A stretch of 64,000 nucleotides of DNA from Camelus dromedarius. Its lineage: Eukaryota. Positions within the stretch are counted from its first letter, which is position 1; each line of letters begins with the position of its first letter. The stretch covers positions 63,302,001 through 63,366,000 of the forward strand of contig NC_087450.1 of NCBI RefSeq assembly GCF_036321535.1. The letters run 5' to 3'. Under the pieces are notes generated by a model, which saw only the letters and a program-made list of their open reading frames with translations, was not told the DNA's origin and did no database searches. Below are positions 12,017 through 25,900 of this stretch, piece by piece. The translations under genes and the position numbers were made by a program.

Positions 12017-14149
12017 AAAAGCAGGTTTCCTAATTAGTCACTTATATGCTGAAAAATACGTTCAATCTACTGGTATCTCTAAAAGATACACAAAATTCAT
12101 CAAGTTTATTATTAGGAAAAGTATACCAACTTTTTCCTCAGACTGAGGATAACATTTCCAAAATAATAACACTGTAACACGAGTTACTACTGTCCACCAG
12201 TTTTATTGGACTTATTTTAGTTATGTGTGCTGTCTTCAATTTCAATAAAAACACACACACACCAAAATCAACAATGTGTGGAAGCAACCGAGGAGAGATG
12301 CTCAGTGCGTCACCACGACCGGCGCGGCGGAGCCCTGCTGATCGGAGGCAGAGACGCAAGCACAGGCGCTGGCCCGGCCCAAAGCCGAGGCTGGGAGGGG
12401 GTCACGTGGACAGAACACGGATGAGAAGCCCCCACCGAGGGCAGGCGAACCCATCAGCTTGCTGCCTTTGGCAAAAAAACAGGAGGAATGACGGTAGCAA
12501 TGAAACCAGGAAAAAACAAATCGGAAATGTCAACAGGGGCGTAAAGCTGAGTGGCGTGGGGGCACGGGGTGGGGGGCAGATGGGTGCCCTGCAGGTCTTT
12601 CCCGAGCCCCAGAAGGAGCCCCTTTAGCTGTGGTCCACGAAGGAGGACCCCTTGTCTCCCTCCTGTCACATGAAGCAGCTCCATCCGCTGCGGGTGACGG
12701 GGCAGGTAAACCTCCTGCGCCCCAAGTCCCAAGGAAAGCCACGGCCCCGGGGGAAGCAGGAACCCCCAAACCGGGGCCAGGCTGGCTGCCCCTGGGGAGA
12801 GGGGCACCAGCACCGAGAGATCCCACCGCCACGGTTCGGGGACGCAGGGCCTCAGGCAGACCCAGTGAAGGAGGCCAGAGGGAAACCCCCTCCAGAAAGT
12901 TCCAGAAGGAACAGGAGGAGGCAGCAGACCACCAGAGGGCCAGCAGGTGAGGGGGCCTGAGCAGAGCGAGCAGGGGTCTGGCTGGGCTGGGACGGAGGAC
13001 ACAGGAGGCCTCAGCCTGCCAGGCCTCTCACCCGCTGCAGGCAAGGCCACCACGGGGCCGCTGGCAGGTCTCTGTGATGGCAGGTGACCTCAGGGTCAAC
13101 GAAGCCCAGGGCCAAACACCCTCACCCCCACCAGAGCCTCCTGCTTCGCCCAGCGGTGGGTGAGAAAGGCTGTCCTTCCCCGACAGAAGCAAGGGGTTTA
13201 AACCAGCCATTGTCACCTCAGCAGCCACCAGTGGGCAGCCCCACAGATGCGGGCACAAGGGTGTAGACCAGGTCTTAAAGTGCTCGGATCTGCACGTCAG
13301 TAAAGGCCCCGGTGACAGTGGACGCGTCCCGAACAGAATTTCAGCAGAAATCCTGGAATTACAAAAACCAGTCTGCTGGAAATTTGAGGGCAAGTCTGTA
13401 ACAGAGGTTAAGGAGCCCTTCTCTAGGGCTGTCCACACACCAACACGTCAGCCTGAGAAACGGGTGATCTGAGGGGGGTTCCCAGGGGGGAACAGAACAG
13501 AGCATCCCCAGACATGCAGTCACACTGCTGAGACCACGGGCACAAGGCCCAGGAAGCGACCGGAGAAATGAGAACCACCACCTGGAGGGGCCAAGACGAG
13601 GGTCATGGTGCACCCCCCCAAAGTGACAGGCCAGCCGCACCATCAAAGCACAGGATGGGGCCGGAGCGGCCGCCCCAGGACACTGAGTGAAGGAGGCATT
13701 GTGTGAGCTGCACAAAAGCACGAGCCCCGCCGGGCACAGCTCACGCAGAAAGGACATGCCACCGGTGAAGACGGGGACCCACGCAGAAATGAAGGGCGCC
13801 GTGAGATGGTGATTCGACATTCTCATCTCTAATCTCCCTCGTGAATAACGGCCTAAAGCAGCAGGAGCTGGCCTCACCTTTCATCCAACCTGTCATTCTC
13901 TTCTTAATCCAGGTGCTGGAGCCATTAACACCGCGTGTGATGTCGTCACCCTGTGGCTCAGTGATTATCTTTAGTTCCATCTGTCTTCTTCCTTGTTTTC
14001 CTGCCTTTTAGATTCAGTACTTTTATTATTTACTTTTATTTCAGTTTTTGGCTTTTTAAGTTCATAACTCTTTCTTGAGGGTTTGCGGGTGGGATACAAC
14101 TGAAGCACCGGAGATCTGCGAGATAGGAGAATGTCAGGAACAGCCTTGT

Positions 14150-16790
14150 GCTGTTGAATTGGACAACGTGGGTAAAATAGAGAAACTTGTTAAAAGAGGA
14201 AAAGTACCAAAACTCGCTCAGTAACAGGTGACCCAAATGGCCCTGTTGCAGGAGCTGTGTCTCTTCTGCAGAGAAAGTTCCAGGCCCCGGTGGCTTTACT
14301 GGTAAACTCTTTCAAATCCTCCCAGAACACAACAGAGGAGAAAACATGTTCCCACTTTTCTTATGACGCTGGAATTACTGATACCAAAACCAGACGAATA
14401 CACCAGAAGAGAGAAAATTAGCTTTACCTCCCTCGTAAGCACAGCTGCGACTATCCATAACAAAGCACCGCCAAGCCAGCGCCAGCAGCTGCGGGAAGAG
14501 CACACCTGACGTCCCCTGGGACTCACACCAGCACTGCCAGGCTCCACAAACATCTGAACATCAATGCAGCGCACCAGACGAACAGCTCAAGGGAAGTGAG
14601 ACCGGTTTTCCACTAAATTCAACACATTGAAGACCAAACCCCTCAGCAAACCAGGAATGGAAGAGGAACCTCCCCAGACGGAGAAAGTCTGTGCAGTTGA
14701 TGCGAGAATTCATGGTGAAAACAACCAGTGTTTATCCCCAAGTTCAAAGACAAAGCGTCGACTTCCCTTCACTTCGTCCCAACATTTTCCTGGAGCCTCC
14801 AGCATTGCCATATGGAAGGAAAAAGTACAAAAAAATCATCTCCTGGCAAAGAAAGAAGAACTAAGACTGTCTCTGTCACGGATAACATAATTGCCTACCT
14901 AGAAAATCCCCCAAAAGTCTAAAAGTAAAGTCACAAAAACTAATCAGTGGATTTAAAAGGGCCACAGGATCGAAGGGAAATGTACAAAAATCAGCTATAT
15001 TTCTAGATGCTAAAATAAGAAAAGTTTGCAAACTGAAATTTCAAAAAATACTACGATAGGATGAAGTATATGGAATAGACATAATATTGTAAAGCATTGC
15101 TGGCAGAATTTGAAAAATCTAAATAAGAATGATTTTATGTTCATACGCCATGCTCTTAGTTGGAAAACTAAGTATTTTTAAGACATGATTTTTCCCTAGA
15201 CTGAAGTATACTTTCAAAAAAGTCTCAATTAAAATTCCAGCAGGCTTTTTTTGTAGAAATGGGACAAGTGATTCTACACTTACATGGAAGGGCAAAAGAT
15301 CTAAAAAACCCAAAACAGTACTGAAAATGAAGGACAAATTTGAATAATTCACACCAAGCGATGTGCAGGCTTTCTGTAAAGCTACAGCACTGGGTGGATG
15401 CGGCACTGGCATCAGGAGACACGTGCAGACAAGGGAGGCGGAGCCCGGAAACACACCCGCAGACCCGCCTGGGAGACGGCCAAGAAGGCGGCAAAGAAAT
15501 CCAACGAGGAGTGGGCAGGCTTTTCAAAAAACGCAGCTTGAACAACTGGAGAGCTAGATGCGAGAAAAGAACCCCCGTCCACACTTCACTGATTATACAC
15601 AAAGTGCGCGCACTGGATCCCAGACTTAAGTGCCGTCATCCAACCTGTAAAACTTCAAGGACAACACAGAAAATTTTACGACATTAGGTGAGGCAAATAT
15701 TTCTTAGACAGGACACTAAAAAGAGAACCCAGAGAAGGAAGGGAGGAAGGAAGGAAGGAGAAAAGGAAAAAAAGAAAAGAAAGAAAGAAATTGATGCATT
15801 GGATTTCATCAAAGTTAAAGCATGTGCTCTGTGAAAGGCATAGTTAAGGAACTGAAAAGACTTGGTTGAGACTGGAATAAAATTCTGTAAAATCAAAGTC
15901 TGATAAAGGAGATGCATCTAGAATGAACAGACAACTCCTACAACTCAGTATTAAACGGAAAAAAAACCACTAAAGATGAGTAAAAGACAATCAAATAAAG
16001 GATTTTCAACCAGAATATGAAAAGAGATCTTCCAACTTAAACATAAAAGAAAACCCAGCACAAAAAGGGCTAACACCTGAACGTGCCTCATGAAGGAAGT
16101 TGCCCATGTGGAAAATGTACACTGAAAAGCTGTCTGAAGCCACCGTTCACCCGGGACCAGGATGAAGCCTGCAGCTGCAGCCGCACGTACACCTGGAGGA
16201 CTGGGCGTACAGGTGCGGGGTGCGGGTACCAGGGCCAGGACGCAGCAACAGGACCGGCATCCGTGCGTCGCTGGGGACCAAGGAGCACAGCCCTGTGGAA
16301 AATGGCCTGGGTTTCCCTGTGAAGTTACAGGTACACGGAATGTGAGACCAGCCATCAGGCTCCTACGAGTTTGCTCAAGACCAAGGGAAGTGTGCGAGTA
16401 CAGAAACCCTGTCCCCGAACACCCACAGCCGCTCTGTTATGTTATTATGTGTTCACAGCTGCTCCAACCTGGAGGCACGTCCGTCAGCTGGTGAGACACA
16501 TTCCTTCGAGGGGACATGCTGGGAGATAAACAACGAACCCGACACATGCGAGCTCCCGGGCGAGGCCGATGAGACCTGAGGAAGCCTGACCAGGGCCAGA
16601 AAGCCACTCGCTGTGAGACCCACGCACAGGACCTCTGGTGGGACAGAACCCGGTCCTGGGGCTGGGAAGTGGCCGAGGGGACTAACTGCAAAGGAGAGGA
16701 GGATATGGGGAGTGTCTTGATCACCGTGGCGACTCCATGATTATACTTGTCAGAACTGATAAAACCACACAATTTCTTCTGCCTGCACAG
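14150..16790 (+). mobile_element. Old, long L1 ORF2 + 3' UTR remnant (L1M class)
   Basis: Degenerate KSPGPDGFTG (about 14275), LIPKPD, KTLSKLG (about 14630), KEE.KLSLF.D.MI.YLENP (about 14850-14910), FIWKG (about 15280); many stops and frameshifts; 3' UTR-like sequence to about 16780. Confidence 0.8.
15735..15790 (+). repeat. (GAAG)n/(GAAA)n simple repeat
   Basis: AGAAGGAAGGGAGGAAGGAAGGAAGGAGAAAAGGAAAAAAGAAAAGAAAGAAAGAAA. Confidence 0.85.
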
Positions 16791-17342
16791 GAGCCCTGAC
16801 ATCCAGCATCAGGAGGGCCTGCTTCACCTGGGGGTCCATGTCGGGAGGTGGCTGCATCCCCGACCGCTTCACCCCCAGTCCTCCCTCCCTCCGTACTTCC
16901 ACACATCTCCTCCTCTGATTCTGGCCCTCCCGTCCTCCCTCCTACAGGACCCCGAGATCCAGGATGGTCTCCCCAACTCAAGATCCTTCATCACAGCAGC
17001 AAACACTGCTGTGCTGTGTACAGTAATGTAGTCACCGGTTCCGGGGTTGGGACATGGGTGCGTCCACCAACACACACCTGAATCCGGCCTCGCCACCCTT
17101 CCTCAGGCCTTCTGCACAGGACCAGCAGCTTCAAAGCCCCTCTCCTCCAGGCTCCCGTAGGATGCCCAGGCCCTTCGTACTGAGTGTCCACCCGTGTTCT
17201 GCCCACAGCACTGTCCCCACTCAGACATGCCTTCCCGGCCAGGCAGGTTTACTCTCCCGGGAGACAGAGACCGTGTTTTCTACAGCTTGTGCACTTTCTG
17301 AAGCATCTGGTGCAGTTTTAAGTAAATAATCAACATTTCAAA

Positions 17343-18075
17343 GGGAACCCTCCTACACTGCTGGTGGGAACGCAGTTCAGTGCAGCCACTAGGGAGAAAA
17401 GTATAGCGAGTCCTCAAAAAGCTAAAAATAGACATATGCTACGATACAGAAGTCCCACTCCTGGGCATGTATCTGGAGGGAACTCTAATTCGAAAAGACA
17501 CGTGTGCCCCAATGTTCATAGCAGCACTATTTCCAATAGCCAAGACATGGAAACAGCCTAAATGTCCATCAGATGACTGGGTNNNNNNNNNNNNNNNNNN
17601 NNNNNNNNNNNNNNNNNNNNNNNNNNNNNNNNNNNNNNNNNNNNNNNNNNNNNNNNNNNNNNNNNNNNNNNNNNNNNNNNNNNNNNNNNNNNNNNNNNNN
17701 NNNNNNNNNNNNNNNNNNNNNNNNNNNNNNCTCACGTGTGGAATCTAAAAGAAGAAAAAAGAAGACACTAATGAACTTATCTATAAAACAGATACAGACT
17801 CCAGACATGGTAAACAAACTTACGGTTACCAGGGGAAGCAGGGTGGGAAGGGATAAATTTAGGAGTTCAAGATTTGCAAATATTAACTACTATATATAAC
17901 AAAGATAAACAACAAGGTTCTTCTGTACAGCACAGGGAACTATATTCAATATCTTGTACTATCGCGTAATGAAAAAGACTATGGAAACGAATATATGTAT
18001 GTACACAGATGACTGGAAGTGTGCTGTACACCAGAAATTGACACACTATAAATTGACTATACTTTAATTTAAAAA
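17343..18075 (+). mobile_element. 5'-truncated L1 with exact 15-bp TSD
   Basis: Encodes KDTCAPMFIAALFPIAKTWKQPKCP..LTCGI*, then 3' UTR; AATCAACATTTCAAA at both 17328-17342 and 18076-18090; N run 17583-17730. Confidence 0.93.
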
Positions 18076-18875
18076 AATCAACATTTCAAAAATTTGTGTC
18101 AGAAAAATGATTTGTTAAAGATACATATAATTATATATAATACATAATATAATATAAAATAACATAATACATCATAAGGTAATACAAAGCAATATTTCAA
18201 TTTTAATTGAATGCTATTAGTGAGAGAAAAGCTATTGTATTTGAGGAATATTCTGTAAAATTTAGCCCTCAGTTATTCACTTGGAAAATGCGAAGCATTT
18301 ATTGGCTTTTCTAACATGTTCTATGTTTCAGGAATGCCAAGGACATTTTCTTTAAACAACACAGTCTGTGCTTCAATTAGAACAGTGCTACATTTTGTCT
18401 TCTCTACTAAAGGAACGAATCCTCTATTTAAGGAAGAAACAAGCCCTACTTGCTAATGAAGCAGTCTTCCCTGAATCTTCCACAGAATTACCGATCGTCT
18501 TCAAGGATCTGCGGGCTATTTAAACAGATCTCAGCACCAGGTACCAGCCTGGCAAGTGGATTTCTTCTCCCTGAGCCTGAGCCGTCCGGGCATCACCCTC
18601 TGCATTTATCTTGTCTCCTTCCTTTTAACTAACCCTGGGGGTCTCAGTCACAGCATTCGCCAAATGCCAGCCTCTCTGCGGAAAGCTCTCATCATTTTAA
18701 TTCACATTATCTGTTACTGAGTCCAGGCCAGCTCACCGATAAGACAGGCACCTTCACAACCATTAAAACAGAAACCTGATCCCATGTGAGATTTTCTCTT
18801 GTTCAAAGGGTAAGGAGGTTACTTTGGTTCCTCTCTCCAAAACAAAGCCTAGAGCCTGGGGAGAAGAGTGGCTGG

Positions 18876-19045
18876 GAGGTCCCAGGAGATCCCCTGGTGT
18901 CAGATCCCAGGAGATCCCCTGAACTCAGATCCCAGGAGATTCCCTGAACTCAGATCCCAGGAGATCCCCTGAACTCAGATCCCAGGAGATTCCCTGAACT
19001 CAGATCCCAGGAGATCCCTGATGTCAGACCCCAGGCAGTCCCTGG
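18876..19045. repeat. 25-bp minisatellite CAGATCCCAGGAGATYCCCTGAACT, about 6-7 copies
   Basis: Four full units at 18901, 18926, 18951 and 18976, plus degenerate flanking units. Confidence 0.95.
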
Positions 19046-21960
19046 CTATGCTCAGGACTAGGAGGGTGGCCTGGGGACACCATTCTGCCCACGGCCGTGT
19101 CCTCGCCCTGTCCCCGATCCTCCAGCCGGGGTGTGAAAGGAAATATGAATTGGCAAATACGAAATTCTCTTGGCTCAATCTCTGTCTCTCTCAGAAAGTT
19201 ACACATGTTTACAGTTATCTGCAGGAAAATACAGCCATATTAATTTTCGTAGCTCTAACTTATGCGTACGTAACACACCACCACACACACTGGAAATGAT
19301 GGAAACAAACAAGAAGCACCCCTTCTCTGATCTTTTCTCAGCTTCGCTTCTCAAAAAAAGAGCCAACAGGCTGGGTCTTTTCCTCTGCTCTGTCCTCCAC
19401 CTGCAACGCTGTGAGAGCCCTCACCCGCCTCAGTGTTAATAATGCTTGTGAGAAAATCAAGGTGAGCTGTTTTGAGGTTCACGACGAAGCAGCAACATTC
19501 ACGCCAATTCAGGAAAGGCTCCCTCGGGACATGGTGGGGGGTGTCGGGTCCTGCACAGGGCAGGGGTCCCCATGGATGCGTGGGAACCAGCGTTGCCAAG
19601 ACATCACCACAGACGCCATCTCCGCCTGACGTTCTGAGGGACCAGTTCACTGGCGGTCAGCTTCTCTCATAAAGACAGTCATCCTGTGGATGTGCGCTGG
19701 GGTACACTGCAAAGTGGCCTCGCGTGGTGGAGTGAGCCCTCTGGGGGCTCCCTGAGGGACCAGCGCCGCGGGCAGGTGGGTGTGGCGTTACAGCACTGCC
19801 CCCAAATTCCACTTGGGAGTCTGGCTTTCCCGTTTCTGAGAAAAGGCCAACTGAGAGGAAGACAAAGCCACATCCATCAGCCGACACAAACCGTTCTATT
19901 TGGAGGGAGGAAATACCTCAATTACGGAAGTTGCTCCAGCGTGGAATGCCTTCCCACCACCTTATCCGTTTGCCGAAAAGAAAAAAAAAGAAAAGCAACT
20001 AGTCTTTCCATCTGATGGAAGCAGGCACGTACGTGCCGGCAGACCTTCCTTCCTGGAATCTGACACGTATTAACTGAGGAAAAGGCAATTACTCTACAGG
20101 GGCTGGAGTTTCTTCAGGGAAGATTTTTTTTTCTCTTTAAAAACCAGATTGTGTCTAAGAATGAATGTGATTTATATACACTTGGTCCTCTGACAACACT
20201 TGATGATTGGATTTTGTATCTCCACAAACTGAAGTGACTGCTCTCAGGGAAAAAAATGAACAAAAATTTCCTGGGAACAGAAACAACACGTAAGGCACTC
20301 GTGGCCAGAAAGTCTCTCCCAGCAAACTGCGTGGCTTCTAGCCTCTCTTTTCTGCTACTGAAGACAACTCCGTAAAAGGAGCAAACAGGCCCATGTCAAC
20401 CCTCGTTCAGTTGTGACAGTACCATCCCCTTCCTTCTACAATAAAATAAGCACTGGACTTGCAGGCTCCAGATCTGGGCTCAGGAACTGGAAACTGGATG
20501 CTTTGTCTCCTGTCAAGCGACACCGTAGTTTGGGATGTTCTGTTACTATGACCTCACCTGTGACCACGTGAGCCACTGTCCTCTCCCTCCCTTGCTCAGG
20601 GCCATCCTGCATCCTTGGACCAGGTTCTGCCCTCCTAACTGCCTAGTGTGGCGGGACGCCCACAATGGGATGCCCAGGGCGGCATGCCCTGCAGGTGCAA
20701 GCACAGAGCGAGGAGCCTGGAAGAGCCAGAGACGCGGGGGACCGCGTCCTGTGTCCGTCAGTGTCTCTACATCGGGACGGAACTGGCAGAAGCAGCAGGG
20801 CCTCAGGCTCCTTGGCGACCCCCAGGTTCTTCTCAGTCCTCCACCCTTGGGGATCCTGCACTGGGCACGTCAGGGGTCACAGTGGTCTCAGCAAGTCACC
20901 TTCCTGGGCTCAGCAAACCAAGTGAGAATCTGGGCACATCCTCCACCCCCCTCTTCTCGTGATGCTCCCCACATCGTGGCCGGCTCGTCGGAGGAGGCGG
21001 TCAGCTCCCCTGCGTTCTGCTCGAGTCTCTGGGGAGAAAGCCTCGGGTGTGGAATCCTCCCAGCTCTGTCCTGGGGGACCGGTTACCAGTGCTGCATCCA
21101 GGCCGAGTGACCAAATCACAGTCCCCGGGGCTGAGCAGGGGCAGCACAGGGGGCACCAAGAGAACAGTAAGGCTGCAGCCTGCTCAGAACAAGCCAGGCG
21201 CCTGCATGGAGGAAGCGCCCCCTCCCTGAAATGTGAGAATCAAACCGAAACGCTTGAACTGCTGCTTTTCCTATAGACCGTGTATAGGGGAGGAGCGTCC
21301 CAACTGGAAGAGGCTTCCGACTGGAATGGCACTTCGTACTTCACTACGCCTCACGTCTCCCCCCGCCAAGGGCCCAGGGCCGGAGGCGACCTGGGTGAGT
21401 GGACACCAGCGTGCGAGTGGGGCTGCCCCGTCAGGCAGCACCCAGCGAGGGGCACAGCTCTGAGATGCCGGTTCTTCTTGCAGAAAAGTGAGGAAATGAC
21501 AGGGGACCCTTGGACCATGCCGGGTCGGACACCCACCGTCCGCACAGCCGGAGCTCTGGGCATAACTCACTGGCGCCCCCGCACGGGGCTCCCATCCTCG
21601 GACTCAGGGGAGTGCAGACGGTGGGCCGCAGCAGCGCCCCTGCAGACCCCGTCCCCACCCCGGGCCGGTGGGCCCGCTGGTCCCAGCCTCACTGCTCAAG
21701 GGCAACTGCAACTCCATTAACTGGTGAGTAACGCTAAGCCTTATTCTATATTAAAACAAACATCTATAATGAAGTAGACTGTAACTTTTATGAGAATTTA
21801 AAAAATAAAACTCAAGGACAGGAGGCGACTGGGGCACTAATTAGAGCCTTGGAGGTGCCCCGCCCACACGGGGGGAGCCCTGTTCAATGCTGGAGAGGCT
21901 GGAATTCAGGCAAAGACGGCTGTTCACCCAGGAGATGAGGAGCCCCAGGACAAGCCTGGG

Positions 21961-22325
21961 GATGTGTGTGTGTGCACATGTGTGTGTGTGTGTGCGTGTA
22001 CCCATGTGCATCTGTGTGCCTGTGTCCATGTAGGCATGTGTGTGCATGTGTGTGCACACGTGTGCATGTGTGTGACCTGTACCTGCATGTCTTGTGCGTG
22101 CAGAAATGTGTGTGCATGCAGGTGTGCCTATGTGCACGTGTGTACATGTGTGTGCCTGTCTACCTGCAGGTGTGTGTGCATGTAGGCATGTATGTGTGAT
22201 TATGTACATGCAGACATGTGCACGTTTGTACACGTGTGTGTGCATGCCCGTGTGCAGGTGTACGTGTATGTGTGCGTGTGTGTGCATGTCCATGCCTTGT
22301 ACACATAGGTGTGTGCACATGCATG
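21961..22325. repeat. Degenerate (TG/CA)-rich alternating purine-pyrimidine low-complexity tract
   Basis: TGTGTGCACATGTGTG/TGCATG variants over about 365 bp. Confidence 0.9.
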
Positions 22326-24544
22326 CCCGTGGCCCTGGCGGGTAGAAGTGGGCAGGAAGAAAGGAGAACCGGACAAGGAACCAGACAGCAATGGCGAGTG
22401 TCTGTCCTGGGCCAGCCTGTCCTGCGGTGCTGCAGGGACTCCAGCAGAGCAGTGGCTTTGTCCAGTAACTTGCCCAGGCCGGGCACACTGCCCAGGTGGA
22501 TGCAGACACCATGGGGGTAAAAGCCAGGCTGCAGGAGGCGGGGCAGTGAAGCAGCGTCTGAGAAGCAGCACAGAGGTGCTTGGAACTGCAGCCCGGAAGC
22601 CACCAGCTCTCACCTTGGAAGCCGCAGGTAAAGTAAGGAGAAAGCAGCCTGCTTTCTACAACTGCACAGTCTTCAGTACACCTGCGGGGGCAGGGGAGGG
22701 ACGCGGATCCGGTGCGTGACCCACCGCCCTTCAGCACCTCATCCGTTAACGCCTTTCAAGAAAAACTAAAACTGTTTTCTTTGTGACGTCAAACACTAAA
22801 ATCAGGTGCCATTACCTGCCTTTATTTATTTTAATGTGTTAAAAATAAAAACACCAGGTCGACCCATGTATTACACTTGCATCCGTGAGCTCAGGGGCCC
22901 GAGCTTCCGATAAACATCCTGGTAAAGCAGGCGAGGAACCAAGCTGTCGGGTTACCTCAGACTGAAATACGAAACAGGACGGAAGTGCGGGCCTTACCCT
23001 CCAGAACTTGCTGCCTTCTCTGGGCGGAGCCATCACGGCCCCAGAGCACCATGTTCCCTCAAGGTGACACCTCTCGCCCAGGTCTCACAGACAGAAGGCC
23101 TTCCCCGAGTGACTCGCCATCAGGCGTTTACCGCGAACTCACCCTCTCTCACCTGTGCGCCTGCAGAGGCCCCGGGACGGAGCTGTAGCTGGAAACTTGG
23201 TCGCGCATTAAACACACAACCCCCGGCTAGATGGGGAGTGTGAGTAAGATGTGACTCCAAGGAGAGAGGAGCTTAATCGGATTGTTGTGGGTTGGAGACA
23301 GGTTGTAATTCAAACATGCGAGTCCACGGAGGTCACACCTGCTGCGACCAGAGCTGCGCGTTATCAAACGACCCAACTCCCGAAGGATTTCTTCCACTAG
23401 AAATTCTGAACGATGACAAATCTACTCAATTGGTATGACACTTCCGTAAACTCACTTAACCAAGTGTAAGTGAAACCAGACGCCTGCCTCCTCTGTGCAT
23501 TTCCGTGACGACCTGGGGAAGAGGTGGCAGCACTCTGGGCACTCAGCGAGTTAGGAAGGCAGAACACGACGCTGAGGGTTAGAAGGCCTGTGAGTGGCCA
23601 GCAGCTGCTGAGAGGAGCCCACACGTCTGCATAGCAGAGGGACTGACTCGTTCCTGCTCCTGCGGTTTGAGAAAGGGAAGTGCCCTTTAAAGGGAGAGCA
23701 GAAAAAGATCACAGGCCACCGTGCAGTTTTCCTAAAGCCACGTTTGGGGAAGATGTTCCTGAGCACGAGCCCAGTGGGTGCGCCCCGGCACCGCTCAGCC
23801 CCCCAGACTCAGCTGACGGCAGAGACGTCCTGTTCCATCCACATGCGCGAGGACGCGGGGACGCGGGAGGCCGGGGGGGCCGGGGTTCGGTGGGACAGGC
23901 TGGGGAGGAGGCGCCCCCATCCTCAGGCCCCGGGAGACCCTCCCCACTCCGCCTTCTGAGTTGTTGCAGCGTCTGTGCTGAGTCTGCACCTTCTTTAATC
24001 GGTTACCCTGCTGAACTCACCACCGTCCCAGCAGAGCAGCCAGCCTGTCTAACACTCGGGAACGTCGCCAACCAGCAATGAAACCACTGGCAGCCTGAAG
24101 TCTACACCACTGGCAGCATCTACACCACAGGAATCTGCTCACACTGCAGACCAGGCCCTTCCCTGCCTTGCCCCGCCCACAGGGGGCCAGTGACCGCTGA
24201 TCACCAGAGTCAGGGTGCCAGTTTGAACTATATCTCAGTGGCTTCTAGGTGACTGAGGTCACTCAAGTGAACCCTCACGCCTGGCACAGAGCGGCCAGCT
24301 CTCCGTGTGCCCCATGAACACACCACCTTACAAACACCCACGGGTCAAAGTGTCAAAATTGAAAAGTCTTTTTCGAATGACTTCTAGGTCATGTGAGCGC
24401 CACTGACGGCAGGAAGCTTTGCTCAGTCACAAGCAGGGTGTAAGTGTCAGATGACAGACGTGCCTCTTAACATCTGATGGGTGGAAAATGACAGAAAAGG
24501 CCTGGAGAATCCCAGTAAGGATAGATTTCTCCTCCCACCAAAGA

Positions 24545-25900
24545 TAACTGCCAAGCCTCACGCTGGAGACTCCTGAAACCAAAGACAAAGAGAAATCCCA
24601 GAAGGCATCTGAAGGAAAAAAAGCTTACATACAGATGAACAAAAGTAAGCAGATTTTAAGCAAATCAGAAGATGCTTTTAAATTACTGAGAAGAAAACAA
24701 AAATCTAAGTGAAAACTTTCAACCCAGAATTCTATGCTCAGCAAAAATACCTTTCAAATACGCAGGCAAAATAATATAAAGACGTTCTCAGGCAAAACAA
24801 AAGCTGATGAGGATTTAATGGCAACCGCCCAGCCCTGCAAGAACTGGTAAAGGATGTGCCTCGGGCAGGCGGACAGTGGCCCGGAGAGAAATCTGAACTT
24901 ACACGGAGGGATGAGGACTGACGAAAGGGAGGAAGAGGAGGTTCTGTGTTTTTTTTACTTGCTGTGAAAACTACGGATCATGTAATCAAATATAGAAATA
25001 ATAAATTGTGTGGTTCCCAAAAATACAGAAGCAAAATTCATGGGAACTGCAGCAGGAAGGAGGTGAGAAGTGCGTGGGAACTCGCGAGACCCCTGCCCTG
25101 CTCCTGAGGGCACAGCCCCACGTGAGGCGGACGCTGACGGGTGAGACACGCATTGTCGACCTGCGCAAACAGCGCAGGATGAGAAAGCAGCATAATACTT
25201 AGTAGCTCAGGGACGGGGTAAAATAAAAGCATGAGACACTCAGAAAGCAAGCAAGAAAACTTGGGCAAAGAACAGTGTATAGATGGGGTGAGTGGAAGGT
25301 TGGCAAGATGATAAATGTAAACCAAATCACATGAACAACTATGTAAAATACCTAAACACCCCCAAAAAAGCAGAGAGTATCAGACTGAACAAGAATAATA
25401 CCAGATTCCACTTACATCTCTGCAGGGGGCCCACTTTAAGTATGACAAGTGGACTTCATTTTATAATTTTCATTTAACGTAATGAAAAAATTGGAAAATG
25501 TACGTCAGACAAATAATACTGAAAGCTGGAGTATATTTATTAATATCAAAAAAGTAGACTTCAGAATGAGAAATATTTCCAGGGGTGAATGACAACAAGC
25601 AGACAGAAGAAGCAGCAGCTGCGACCTGCACGTCAGGCCACTGCACCTGCCGGGCGTTTGCAAAGCCCTCGGCAAGCAGCAGCAGAGTGCGCCTTTCCTC
25701 AAGCGCACACGGAGCGCTCGCTACTAGACCGTAACACAAGCTCTATAAATATGAAGGGGGGACAAAAGTAGAGCCCCACTCACAACAGAATCAAAGTAAA
25801 AATAAGTACCTAGAAATTCTCAAATATTTGAAGAGTAAACCCTGTCCTTCTTTATAAACCATGAGTCACTGAAAGAATCAAAAGGCAAATTAGAGGCTCT
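24545..25900 (+). mobile_element. Old L1 ORF1 C-terminus and ORF2 start remnant
   Basis: Degenerate LLKTKDKEKILKA (about 24570), QPRILY.AKISFK (about 24720), RPALQEL (about 24830); ORF2 endonuclease-like start from about 25310. Confidence 0.7.

Noticed and set aside
18876-19045. CRISPR-like reading of the 25-bp repeats
   Set aside because: Units are head-to-tail with no unique spacers, in a mammalian intron with no cas genes.
21841-22737. 298-aa ORF with HTH/CV repeats
   Set aside because: Translation of the TG/CA low-complexity tract.
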